A DNA stretch of 64,000 nucleotides. Origin: Azolla caroliniana. Its lineage: Eukaryota; Plantae; Polypodiophyta. Shown piece by piece: positions 11,353 to 22,617 of this stretch. The notes beneath the pieces were generated by a model. It did not search any database and had not been told where the DNA came from. It saw only the letters and a list, made by a program, of their open reading frames with translations. Position 1 is the stretch's first letter; every line of letters begins with the position of its first letter. The stretch spans positions 12,276,001 through 12,340,000 of the forward strand of contig JBHGNT010000012.1 of assembly GCA_043228905.1 (NCBI GenBank), in the 5' to 3' direction. Made by a program: the position numbers and the translations under genes.

Positions 11353-13329
11353 GTGTGCAAACCATGGGGGAAAACATAGCTAAGATGTCTTTCTCGGATC
11401 TCTATCTTGAATAATCATGGCAGCTCCCCGAGGCTCAACCATGGTTCTAACATCAATGTAGTTTCCTAGTTAGCCTTATATTAGAATGCCAACCCAACAT
11501 GTATTGATATGGTCGAGAAAGTGTATTACGTGAAAAAACAAGTGCACTCGCAAGTAATATTCTAGTCTTGCAAGTAACAAGCAAATGTGATGAAAAAAAG
11601 AGAAAAAGAAGTCACTATCTATAAGAGTAGAGAAGTGACGAAAACAAGGTTCAAAAACCATGCATTGTCTACTATAAAAAAATACCACCAATAAATGGAT
11701 TTGTGATGTATGCACCAATCCATCCCAATATGGTGGTTGTAATTTGCACAATTGTGACATAAGCCACAAATTGATACAAGTGGTGGCGGTGTTGTCAGCA
11801 AAGATGTAGTACTCAAATCTATGAGTAAAACATCAATAGGGGAACTCATGTGGTTTTACTCGAGTTCTAAGGCTCGATAATAAGAGTTAAACCTAGATGA
11901 GTCGTTGGAAATAATCGTTCAAAAAGCGGCATGATGCCCAGTCAATACGAAAAAAATAGACTACACAAAATCATTACCCAATAGGGAAACACACGTAAAT
12001 AGTGTAGATGAACATAAAAATTAAGGTTTAAAATATAGTGAAGTGTGGGTGGGTAGATGAAAATCATAAGAAAATCTTAAGAAAACTTGTGTAATTAAAA
12101 AATAGGTAGAATAATAATCAATTAGGTGTATCAACATTAAGCATGCCTTAAGGGATGGCACCCTAAGGTAGTTGACATGCGCCTCCTCAAGACCACCACA
12201 TCTCCCTAGAATTGGCCAATTGATGGCTCAATAAAGAGTAAAGTGGTGTAGGTAAGTGACATATACCTCGTTAAGGCCACAACATCCCATAGACTTGGCC
12301 AAGTGATGGCTCAATAGAGAGTAGAGTGGCATAGGAAGGCGACATACACCTCGTCAAGACCACAACATCCCATAGAATCAGCCAAGTGATGGCTCAATAA
12401 AGGGAAGAGTGGCATACTCAACATCATATGCAAAAGGGCCATGAGGTGAGTGTGTGCAATGAGGGAAAACACGCTCGACCTGATGCACAAGAATAATTAT
12501 TATTGTACGAGATGGCTCAAGAGAGGGGACCGTGGGAGATACATCGCAATATACAGAAAGGCTATGAGTTGAGCATGTGCGATTAGTGCGAACACGCTCA
12601 GCCTGATGCACAATAATAATTAAAATCGTAACATGGTAGAAAGTAGAAAGAAAGAAAATAAAACGTAATACAAATTTGATTCGACCAAGAAGAATGTATC
12701 ATAGAAAAGAAAAGAGAGATCGAGAAAGAAGAATACCGAGTTAAGAATGTTGTTTTGATCCTATGAAGAGCATGACGAGCCTTGTTAGATCCCCATCGCT
12801 CTCACGCGAAAAACATCAAAACAACAAAAAAAAATGTTAGTAAAAGCTTTGATACCATCATTAAGAGTCTATTACTAATCAATAGACCAAAGTAAAGTAA
12901 AAGAAGGAAAATAGATTATAGAAGAACCCATTCCACACGACCACCCCCAAGCTATGATCTAGACATAGCCAACCTACCACCGACGTCCCATACTGCCAGA
13001 TATTAGGATGACTAATACCTTGGAAGAGATAAACACGATCGTCGAGATGAAAGCCTAGCCCGCACCACAGGTGTCTAAGACAGTAGTCTTCCGACGTAAT
13101 GTCCTTATGAGGGTAGCTAAGCCTCATATTTATACCTTTTTCTAGGCCCCTTGAATAGATGTGCCTTTCTAAAAGACTCTCCATTCATATGTTGTCCAAA
13201 TCATGATAGTGCATGCACCTATAATTCCTTCTATCCATTCATTAGTCCCCGTTTAAACATTAGTGAACACACCCTTCACTAATGTAAATATTAGTGACCT
13301 ACCCTCATCAACGTTCTTTGTACATAACA
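11353..13329 (-). mobile_element. Degraded chromovirus 5' end: LTR (~12859-13329), iMet PBS (12846-12857) and long 5' UTR
   Basis: TGGTATCAAAGC on the minus strand; TATA ~13125; 11361-11450 is the reverse complement homologue of 15592-15680. Confidence 0.7.
12170..12630. repeat. Two imperfect tandem arrays in the UTR (about 83 bp x3 and about 120 bp x2)
   Basis: GGCCAAGTGATGGCTCAATA at ~12212, 12297 and 12380; AACACGCTC...CCTGATGCACAA at ~12467 and 12591. Confidence 0.7.
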
Positions 13330-13499
13330 AGAGAACAATGAAATATTGGGTGAAGATGCATATGGGAAGGTAGATCCAAGCAAAAACCCACATCATTTAT
13401 TTGTGCAAAAATCCTGAAGGGGCATTAGCAATGATGATTCAATTTATCACAAGGACGTGTTGTTTGCACATGTCGTTGTAGAAGCCATACAAGATCTCC

Positions 13500-13727
13500 C
13501 TTTTGGAAGTTATGTGGAAGTCAATGTTGATCAGTGGCTGCCTTATGGTATGCTTGAGCGTGTTCTAGATGGGTCAACACCTCTTCTTGAATATGTCGAA
13601 TGTGGGACACTCGATTTTCGGCGGCTGGATTAGTGGGAACTTCGGAAAACTCTAAGAAATTCCATTGAGGGTGATGACCTATATATGCAAAAAATGGAGT
13701 GACCTTACTGGAAGAGTGGATGGAATT
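13500..13727 (-). pseudogene. Tcn1-like chromovirus integrase fragment, target of the insertion at 13728
   Basis: NSIHSSSKVTPFFAYIGHHP...LEHAQAYHKAATDQH. Confidence 0.7.
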
Positions 13728-16700
13728 TGTTACGGGCATGACCACATAATATCCTGTGGTGAGAATTTACCGCAGTATTCTATACACGTGGATAAGTGTG
13801 AGGGTTAAACGAGAGTGTAAAGAAGGGGAGGATTACTTTTAATCCTCGGGATTTAGACAACCCATTAGGCTAAGTGTGAACTTGCCTAGGGGCCTTGGGT
13901 ATCGCTATAAATATGACGCCTAGCAACCCTCATTTCATCATCTTTTGACTACGTCGAGACTCCGACGTTGAGGTGGGTCAACTCTTGTAGCGAGCGCGCC
14001 AACACTTGGTACGACTCGACACCACGGCAGTGGTATGGGACGCCGAATGAGGCTTGAGTCCGTCTCGATCCCTTCGCTCAGGGATGGTCAGGTGGATCGG
14101 CACCCTTCTTTCTCTCTCCTTTCTTATTTTATATCTATTATATCATTATCTCATGCTTACGTTAGACCATAACTCTAACAATTGGTATCAAAGCTTATGT
14201 TCTAATGTTTCTACTGTTGGTTTTTGTGTTTTTGATGGATGGTGATCGATTGACGTGCGGTAGACCTTGATCCAAACAACGATCAACAAAGGAATTTCGG
14301 TAACTCTTTCTTGTTTTCTTTTTTCTATTCTTTCATCTCCCAATCTAATGATTTATAGTTAATATGTGTTTTTTTTCATTGATTCAATGATGTTGTAGTG
14401 GTAATTAATTGGTTTATAAAACGTTTACATATTTGACATATATTTAATATGTGATTCGTGTCGTATGTGTACGAGGTTAATACCTCAATTGCGTATTACG
14501 TTCAACACATATGTTACGTATGCGTATGAGGTCAATACCTTGATTTCTATGTAAACAATATGCGTTTGGTGTCGTATGTGTAAGAGGTCAATACCTCAGT
14601 TGCGTATTACGATTAACCATTATTATTGGATGTTTCGTGTGCGTAAAGGCTAAGGCTATATGCCTCGATTAGGTGTCTTGATTTCATCATATGTTGGCTA
14701 TTTGATGTTACGATTATTCTTAATATACGCATATGTGGCCACCTGTATACGTATTTGACTGTATATGTGTGATAAATATACGTATGTGTATATTAGTTAT
14801 TACGTGATTTATATATCGAATCTTGTCCTTTTCGGGGAACGGATCTTGGTGGTCGTCCTCATATTTTTGTGAGAATGGCGTAGTCACCATCCTTTTTCAA
14901 CAATTTCTTTTGTTGACATCCACGTTGGTCACTTCGATTTCGTTACGTAACGAAATGCTCTTAGCCACAATGATGTTGAAAACGTAGGGCTTGACCCACT
15001 TCATGTGAGGTCGCTCCTATGACACACATATCCAAGATCTCTCCCTCATTACATGGATACGATGCCACCATGACATCATTCTTACGAAAGGAATTCGTAA
15101 TGACGTAACCATGTGATGGGCCACGTGGGACTACTATGAAAAGAGGGCTCATTTGGCTTGACCATTAGGTTGTACTTTGGCATATGCCATTGTAATTATT
15201 AGACTTGAGGTTAGGTAACGTACCAACATAGTTTGTGGTAAATGAGAGGGAAATAACGACTCTTGACATATATGTTTCTTTTTAAAAAAACATATATGGC
15301 CAAATGCCTCGCATATCTCTTATATGCATAAAACATTCAACATTCAACACGAGCAACATATTTGGTTAGCTCAAATGTTTAATGCATTTGTTCTCGAGGT
15401 CTTGAGTTCAAATATGACCAAGATCATCTAACATTGTTGATTCATATGATTATAATACAAGTTTAAACTTTATGTCTAAGTTCACTTTGGGGTTCTCGTA
15501 ATAGGACTTAATGAGCCGAAACCACATATGTGGGCACAGAAACATAGTTTATTGTTAACATTTTTTTCGTGTATAAATTATTCATGACGCGAACTACATG
15601 GTTGAGCCTCGAGGAGCCGCCATGAAAAAATCGATATAGAGATCAGGAAAGACATTCATTTGTCACCTCCATGGTTTTTAAAACACCTTTGTGTTACCAT
15701 AGTAACTTGATGTTGAACCTCATCTCATACATCTAGAGGGGTATTGACGTGAGATCATGATATCGATTAATGTTTGCCCATGATATGTTTACATCATGAC
15801 ATGATATTATGACTATTTGTCTGACCTTATCCTATTTATTTGCCAGAAATAATCATTCAATGGCTTAGAATAATGACCTGATGTCATCCGCTCAAGCGGA
15901 AGGAACTCAAGGAAATCCTCCTGGACCAATGTCCATTGAGTCGTATATTTTACAAATACAACATTTCCTTAATTCAACCGCGCATCAGATGTCCGAACTT
16001 CGGCAATCTCAAAGTGCTCTCAAGGCACGTGTCATTTGTTTATAACGTGACACTAATAAACCCGATGAGCGTCAGGCTAAACCATCATTTGTCGTAAAGC
16101 CATTTAATGGAGAAAAAAAGGAAAGAACCGAAGAATCAATTTGCACATAGTTGGGCCGATGGGAGTCTCATTTTGAGCTCTATCCCACGTCAGATAATAC
16201 GAAGATTGCATATGTCGGCTGAGAACTAGGGGGTAACGCCACCGCCTGGTGGTTTGGGCTCTGAACTTTGGGGAAATTGCCCGATACCTCGACAAATTTT
16301 GTCACAGTTTTTAAGGGCCAATTTCTGCAACCTCCCTCTAGAACCGACGCAGCACAAGCTTTAATGAACCTCTCTACAGGGAAGTTTTCCTCGCTAGAAG
16401 ACTATGTCCACTATGCCAAAAATCGGGTCTAGAAGGGGACAATTCGTTAATAGCTTGTTTTGTCAATGGCATCCCTAATTCGGACTATCAGTGCATAGTG
16501 CACGATAAGGATCCAAAATCCTTCGAAGAGGCCGTTGAAATAGTTCTTCGCTATCAACGCACTTTGAAGAAGGACCATAACAAACCCAACGAAGCGCCCG
16601 GGACTAAATAGTCGCATTTCGCTAGGAAACGCAAGACACCCAACCAATTCATGGATCGCATTTGTAAGCGACAACATCCTTTTTGCGTAGTCTACAAAAA

Positions 16701-18290
16701 GAAGGGTCATACAAAAGAACAATGTCGAAAGCTCCAACGGAAAGAGCATGACAACAAAGCAAAAGGTGCAGACAATAAAGGTCAGATTCCTAATGTACTT
16801 GACGTCTATACACATCATTTAAGTAATTTTCAATGTTCTTTCCCTCACTATGTATTGGGACCCAATGATTTAGTATGTGCAAATGGGTATATCAATGGAT
16901 CTCCCATACAATTTTTATTTGATTCGGAAAGCTCACACAATTTTTTGAATGATCATTTGGTTTAGATCTCATTAATCCAACCCACCGTAAGTGATCGCAC
17001 CTATAGGGGGCACTTGGCTTATGGAAGATTACAATACATCAATGGGGCGATTGGTTCATTAGAAATTTCTATTGATACTTATGTAGAGGAAGTAAACTTC
17101 CATGGAATGAATCTTTGTACCACTAATGTAATATGGGGTATCCCTGGTTCTATAATAAAAACTCTTCTTTATCTATTGATTGGGTTCATCATTCAATAAC
17201 ATTTGTACTGAATGATCGTACTCATTTTATTCAATGTGTAAAAAAACAATCCCTCTCGATTGTTTCCTCTCCATCAATATCCGAGTTGTCTTGCTCTACT
17301 CTATTTTATTGTGTACTTGATTCGGACATTCACATTTACAATATCGATAATGTCTCGGTTCAATTAACATATTTTGAACAACAACAACTTGATGAAATCT
17401 TAAATGATTTTCATGATGTTTTTCCGAGTGAACTACCAGATGGGTTACCTCCTACACATAATATAGACCATCGTATAGATATTGTACCTGGTGTTGCACC
17501 AATAAGTATACCTCCTTATCGCTTAAGTCCATCCGAAGAGGATGAGGTATCTAAGCAACTCGAGGACTATTTATGAATGGGTTAGATACGTTATAGTAAA
17601 TCTCCATGGGGTGCACAAGTTCTCTTCGTTAAAAAGAAAGAGGGCACATGGCGTATGTGTATTAATTACCTACAACTGAATAAAGTGACGATGAAGAATT
17701 CATATCCATTGCCCCGGGTTGACGATCGAATTGACCGTCTCTATGGAGCTCGGTATTTTACGAAACTTGATCTCCGTACGGGCTACCATCAAATTTGTAT
17801 AAGTGAGGATGATGTTCCTAAAACGACATTTTGTACGCGTTATAGCCATTATGAGTTTTTGGTTATGCCTTTTGGTTTGACCAATGCTCCGACCACATTT
17901 CAACAAGAAATGAATGACATTTTCCGAGAACAACTTGGAAAATTTGTTGTTATTTTCTTGGATGATATTCTAGTTAATAGTCATACATTAGAAGAACATG
18001 CTAAACATGTCCGCTTTGTTTTCCAAACATTGCGCAACAAGCAAATCTACGCGAAGATCTCAAAATGTGAGTTCCTCAAGAAATGAATTACTTATCTTTG
18101 ACATCTCATAACTAAACGAGGAGTTGAAATTGATCCCTCTCGCATTGAGAAAATCAAACTTTGGCCCACTCTTTCGAATATTCGAGAAGTTCGATCATTC
18201 CTTGGTTTTGTCGGGTTTTTGAGAAAATCCCTTCGTAATTACTCCCAATTGACGACGTTGTTTACTAATCTTCTAAAATGTCAAACGCGT
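13728..18290 (+). mobile_element. Chromovirus (Tcn1-like) gypsy element, 5' half: LTR 13728-14180, iMet PBS 14183-14194, about 1.7 kb leader, decayed gag-PR-RT
   Basis: TGTTA...TAACA LTR homologous to 26809-27263; gag from ATG 15860; FLFDSESSHNF protease; [27 protein letters not shown]; cut at 18291. Confidence 0.92.
15860..18290 (+). pseudogene. Chromovirus gag-protease-RT with many stops
   Basis: ORF pieces 16651-16965, 17133-17576 and 17655-18086 are highly similar to 33308-34401 (minus). Confidence 0.9.
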
Positions 18291-18879
18291 TGTCATGCGT
18301 TTCGGCGCCGGATCGTTTGCGTGAGTCGGTTGGGAACCACTAGGGTTTTGGACTAGGAGAAGGAGAATTTTAAGGCAAATAAGAATATATTTAGATTATA
18401 AGAAAGAGATATTGAAACTTGTGAATCCGACAAGTATAATGTATTTTATTAATCAATATCTAGATAAGAATATGAATTTAGATTGAAAGAGAGAGATATA
18501 GAAACCTCGTGAATACCAAGAGTATAGTTTATTTCGTGAATCCCACGAATATAATTTATTAATTGGTGTTTTTTAGAAATATATCCAATTTCCAATGTTT
18601 TCACACCTCTATTACATTATGCTCCCCATCCTTATATAATGATGAGAGAGCCTTAGCAATCTATTCTTTCTCTCTACCTATAGATTGTATGCTTTCTCTA
18701 ACATGCTTTTTTTTCTAACCTCATGCGTTTTTTATCTACTATAGTGTTTATGCACGCTAGATGTGCATGTGTAGCTCTTTTCTATCATGCGTTTTTCTTC
18801 TAAGTAAAGCTTTTTCCTAGAAAATATGCGTGAAGCAACCTTTCTATGTGGGATATCTAATATTTTAACACTCATAATG

Positions 18880-18950
18880 TGTTAGTGTAATGGTAACGCT
18901 TCAAATTATTAACATGAATGTACAAGGTTTGAATCTTACCCTATGCATGT
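18880..18950 (+). promoter_or_regulatory. tRNA-like A/B-box cassette, antisense to the LTR
   Basis: TAGTGTAATGG 18883-18893 and GGTTTGAATCT 18926-18936, 43 nt apart. Confidence 0.6.
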
Positions 18951-19514
18951 AACATGTATTCTCATATTTTCTTCATGTTTATTAAATCGGGTATTTTATA
19001 CGTTTTTCACATAGTGTACGAAATACACTACGACATTCGCCCCCTCCGAACCCGCACATCCTCCGGTATGTGCTAAAGTTGTCGATGCTTGTTTCTCTCC
19101 TTCATCTGTAGCATCCTTCGTTTCTCTCGCTTTGTCGACTTTGTCTCTCCATTTTGAGCACATCCATTTTTTCCACCCAAACCATTGTCACCATCCAATC
19201 CACCATATTCTTCATTCACTTTTTGCATTTCCATGACCGGTTGTCATGGCTCCTTGTGCTCCTCTTGAGCATAACCTTTCATGTCTCGTGCATATGCCAC
19301 CTTCATTCCGACTGTCTCCTTGGTCAATACACTCTGCACTTCGTCCACCTTCATCATACAATCTCGCATTAGAGTTGACAATCTTCATTTTAGAGCCCTC
19401 CTTCTTTTTTGAGATCTCATCCTCGGTAACACCCTTCAAATCCACTTGGCCCTTGCCGTCCATGGTAGTGTGCCTGCTTGGCGTCTTCCTCGTGTTCACT
19501 AGCCTCGATTGCTT

Positions 19515-19990
19515 CGACCTCCGGTTGAGTCGGATTAGCTTCTTTCCGGATTAGTCTCGTCTAATCAACTTTCAGCTAAGTCGACTTCCATCCGTATTCG
19601 CGTTTGGCCGAATCGGACTCGGTTGATCGGTTTCGACTGAGTTGGCCCCCTTCCAGTTTGGGTTCGACTGATCCGTTCTGGTTTTGGTTGGCTTCCTTTT
19701 CCTCATGATAACCGGCCTCAATTGCTTTGACCTATGGTTGAGTCGGATTAGCTTCTTTCCTGATCGATCTTGTCTAATTGGCTTTCGGCTAGGTCGGCTT
19801 CCGTATTTGCATTCGGCCGAATAAGATTCGGTTGATCGATTTCGACTGAGTTCGCCCCCTTCCGGTTTGGGTTCGACCGATCGATTTTGGTTTTGGTTGG
19901 CTTCCTTTTCCTCATGTTAACCGGCCTTGACCGGTTCAACCTCTGGTTGAGCCGGATTAGCTTCTTTCTGGATTGGTCTCGTCTGATTGG
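19515..19990. repeat. About 212-bp tandem duplication (about 2.3 units)
   Basis: GGTTGAGTCGGATTAGCTTCTTTC recurs at ~19522, 19736 and 19945. Confidence 0.75.
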
Positions 19991-22123
19991 CTTCCGGCTG
20001 GAACGATTTCCGTCCGGGTCGGGCTCAACATATTGAATTTCGACCAAATCCACTTCTGCTTGGTTCGGCTTTCATTTAGATAGGAATTTCGGATGGATCA
20101 TCTTCCATCCGAACCGGCTTCCGACTTTACCTTCCTTGTTGCCATCTCCTGTCTCTCTAGTCTCACATTGGTTCTCGGACACAACCACCAAAGTCTCTAG
20201 AATTAGTGGCCAGGAATCCTCGGTATTATCGTCCTCTGTCATTTCACCCATAGCCACCTTCTTGGCTATCTCTCCATCGTATGCATCGGCTTCGACCTTC
20301 GTTTTCTCTAGCCACCTTCCGTCTCTTCGATCTTACGTTGCTTTTTGAACGCAACCGCCGAAATCTATGGAATTAGTGTTGGGAGAGTCTTGCCTCGGCC
20401 ATCCGCCATTGACTCATCCATAGCCACCTTCTCGACTATTTCTTTGTCATATGCATCGGCTTCAACCTTTGTTTCCTCTCTGTCACCTTCCGTCTCTTCA
20501 GTCTCATGTTTGATCTTAGATGCAACTGCCGAAGTCTCTAGAATTTGTGGGAAGGAATCCTCCGTATTACCGTCCTCCATCGAATCATCCTTAGCCTCCT
20601 TCGCCTCGATGTCATTATCCGTAGCTATTTCTTCAACTCCATAGGTTTCACACTCTTCGCCTTCTTTGATCGTGCAAGCATCGATTATGCTTACCCCTTT
20701 TTCAATCAATGTTTCAGACACTCGTGTCCCGAAACCTTCTTCCACCCTTGAAGTGGTGTTCGCCACTCTCAAGTCATTGGCCTTATCCTTGGCTATCGTT
20801 CTTTCACAAATGAGAGGATAACTTGTTCCACACCCTCTCCCGTAGTACCATCATATTGTATTTCGGCCTTCATATCGGCCACATCATTCATTCTCAATCA
20901 TTCATCCCTCATGGACCATGTTGATTCCAATGAGATTCTCGTCTTCCTCTTATCATGTCTTTGGCATACTCTTTCGACTTCGTCCCAATCCTCGGTGAGG
21001 CCATTTGCACCATCATCATCTTCAAGTTCAATCCTGATGGCCATCCTTTCTTTCCGATCGATCGATCTTACGAACATTAGGACTTTATCCATCCCCACCA
21101 ATCGGTGTTCCCGCTCCGAGAGTTGAGCGAAATGATGCTCGAACACTAGGAATGCTTGTGTCACGCTTTGGTTGATCTTCGTCGATGCTACCCACTGGTC
21201 AAACTCGCGTCGATCTCATCCCTTCGGTCTCTCATAGTCATATGCCTCTCGTAAAGCTTCTTAAAAGGACCCACATGTCGGGTTTTGTTGCCGTATCTCG
21301 TGGACTCTCTCTTGTAGCTCATCCGTGGCCACCCGACTGAAGGATATCACTTGCAATCCTTCTGGTATCCCACATCGCATCATGTCCGCCTTGTAGTCAC
21401 ATAGATAGCATGATACATCCTTTTCGTTGAATTGCATGTTTCTTTGCACAAGCTGCTCTACTGCCGATTTGGTCTCCGACATCACACGTTGGTCTTGTAG
21501 TTCTTGTAGTATGCGGTTGATCATCATGGTCATCGCCTCTTGTTGATTCTCCTTCTCCTTGCCACCTAGTTTCACGTCAGCTTCACCAAATGGGTAGTGC
21601 CTTTCGGCGTTGGATCATTGCGTGAATCAAGTGGGAACCGTCGGGGTTTTGGACTAGTAGGAGGAAGAATTTGAGTCGAGTCTAGTTATGAATAGATTGC
21701 AAGGAAGAGAGATAGAAACATATGTTTTATTAATCAATATTTAGATAAGAATATGAATTTAGATTAAAAGAGAAGGATATAGAAACCTTGTGAATCCCAC
21801 AAGTATCGTTTATTTATTTTATTAATATTTAAAACCTTAATAATAAATTAGAATAGATTGGAAGAGAAAGATATAAAAAACTTGTGAATCCCACAAGCAT
21901 AGCTTATTTTATTAATCAGTATTTTTGAACCCTAATGACCTTTCATCCATAATTTTCTCTCTCTATTACATTGTGCTCCCCATCCTTAGTGTTTTTTATC
22001 GACTATGGTGTTTATGCATGCTACATGTGCATGTGTAACTTTTTTCTATCATGCGTTTTTCTTCTAATTAAAGAAATTTGCCTAGAAAATATGCGTGAAC
22101 TTACCTTTCTATGTGGGACATCT

Positions 22124-22617
22124 ACTTTACGTGGAAAAACTTGCAGACACAGAGACACCAATATTTTACTTGGAAAACCCAAAATGGAAAAAACCACGGG
22201 GCTCCACAAACCCCAAGAAAACATATCACTATAGTAGAGAGGAAGTACAAAATACGGAACTTGGAGGCATTGACCTCGAGTTCTCCTTCGTCTAAGAGAC
22301 GGCTATAGAGTTACACTCTCACTCTCTCCCTCACAGTTTAAGAGGCAACTACCTCGTTCTAACTTTTTCAATAATGATCAACTACTACTTACACACTAAA
22401 GTTTTCCCTAGTTGCTTATAAACAAACGCAACTTTCTATCTATTTACAAGTATAACCCACAAGGACCTTTTAGACTATTTACAATTATAGTCTTCCGAAA
22501 CGATTTCGGTATCCAATTACGATTTCAATTTCGGTTTCGGATTATTGTTTCGGTTTCGGTTTCGGTTGAGGCAACACGGTCCTTCTCTTCCCATCCGGAG
22601 GGACATGTTTCCCAACA
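22124..22617 (-). repeat. Partial copia (Tork-like) LTR
   Basis: Minus strand begins TGTTGGGAAACATGTCCCTCCGGATGGGA, as in the LTRs at 24479, 37011, 57874 and 61689. Confidence 0.8.

Larger units (their letters stand above)
18291..22123 (-). mobile_element. Non-autonomous Phygy-like element (truncated gag, acidic and Arg-rich module); 3' LTR 18291-19035, 5' LTR ~21593-22123 truncated
   Basis: PPT at 19036-19050 (minus); degenerate Trp PBS ~21571-21588; gag pieces 21261-21575 and 20898-21164; flank GCGT. Confidence 0.88.
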
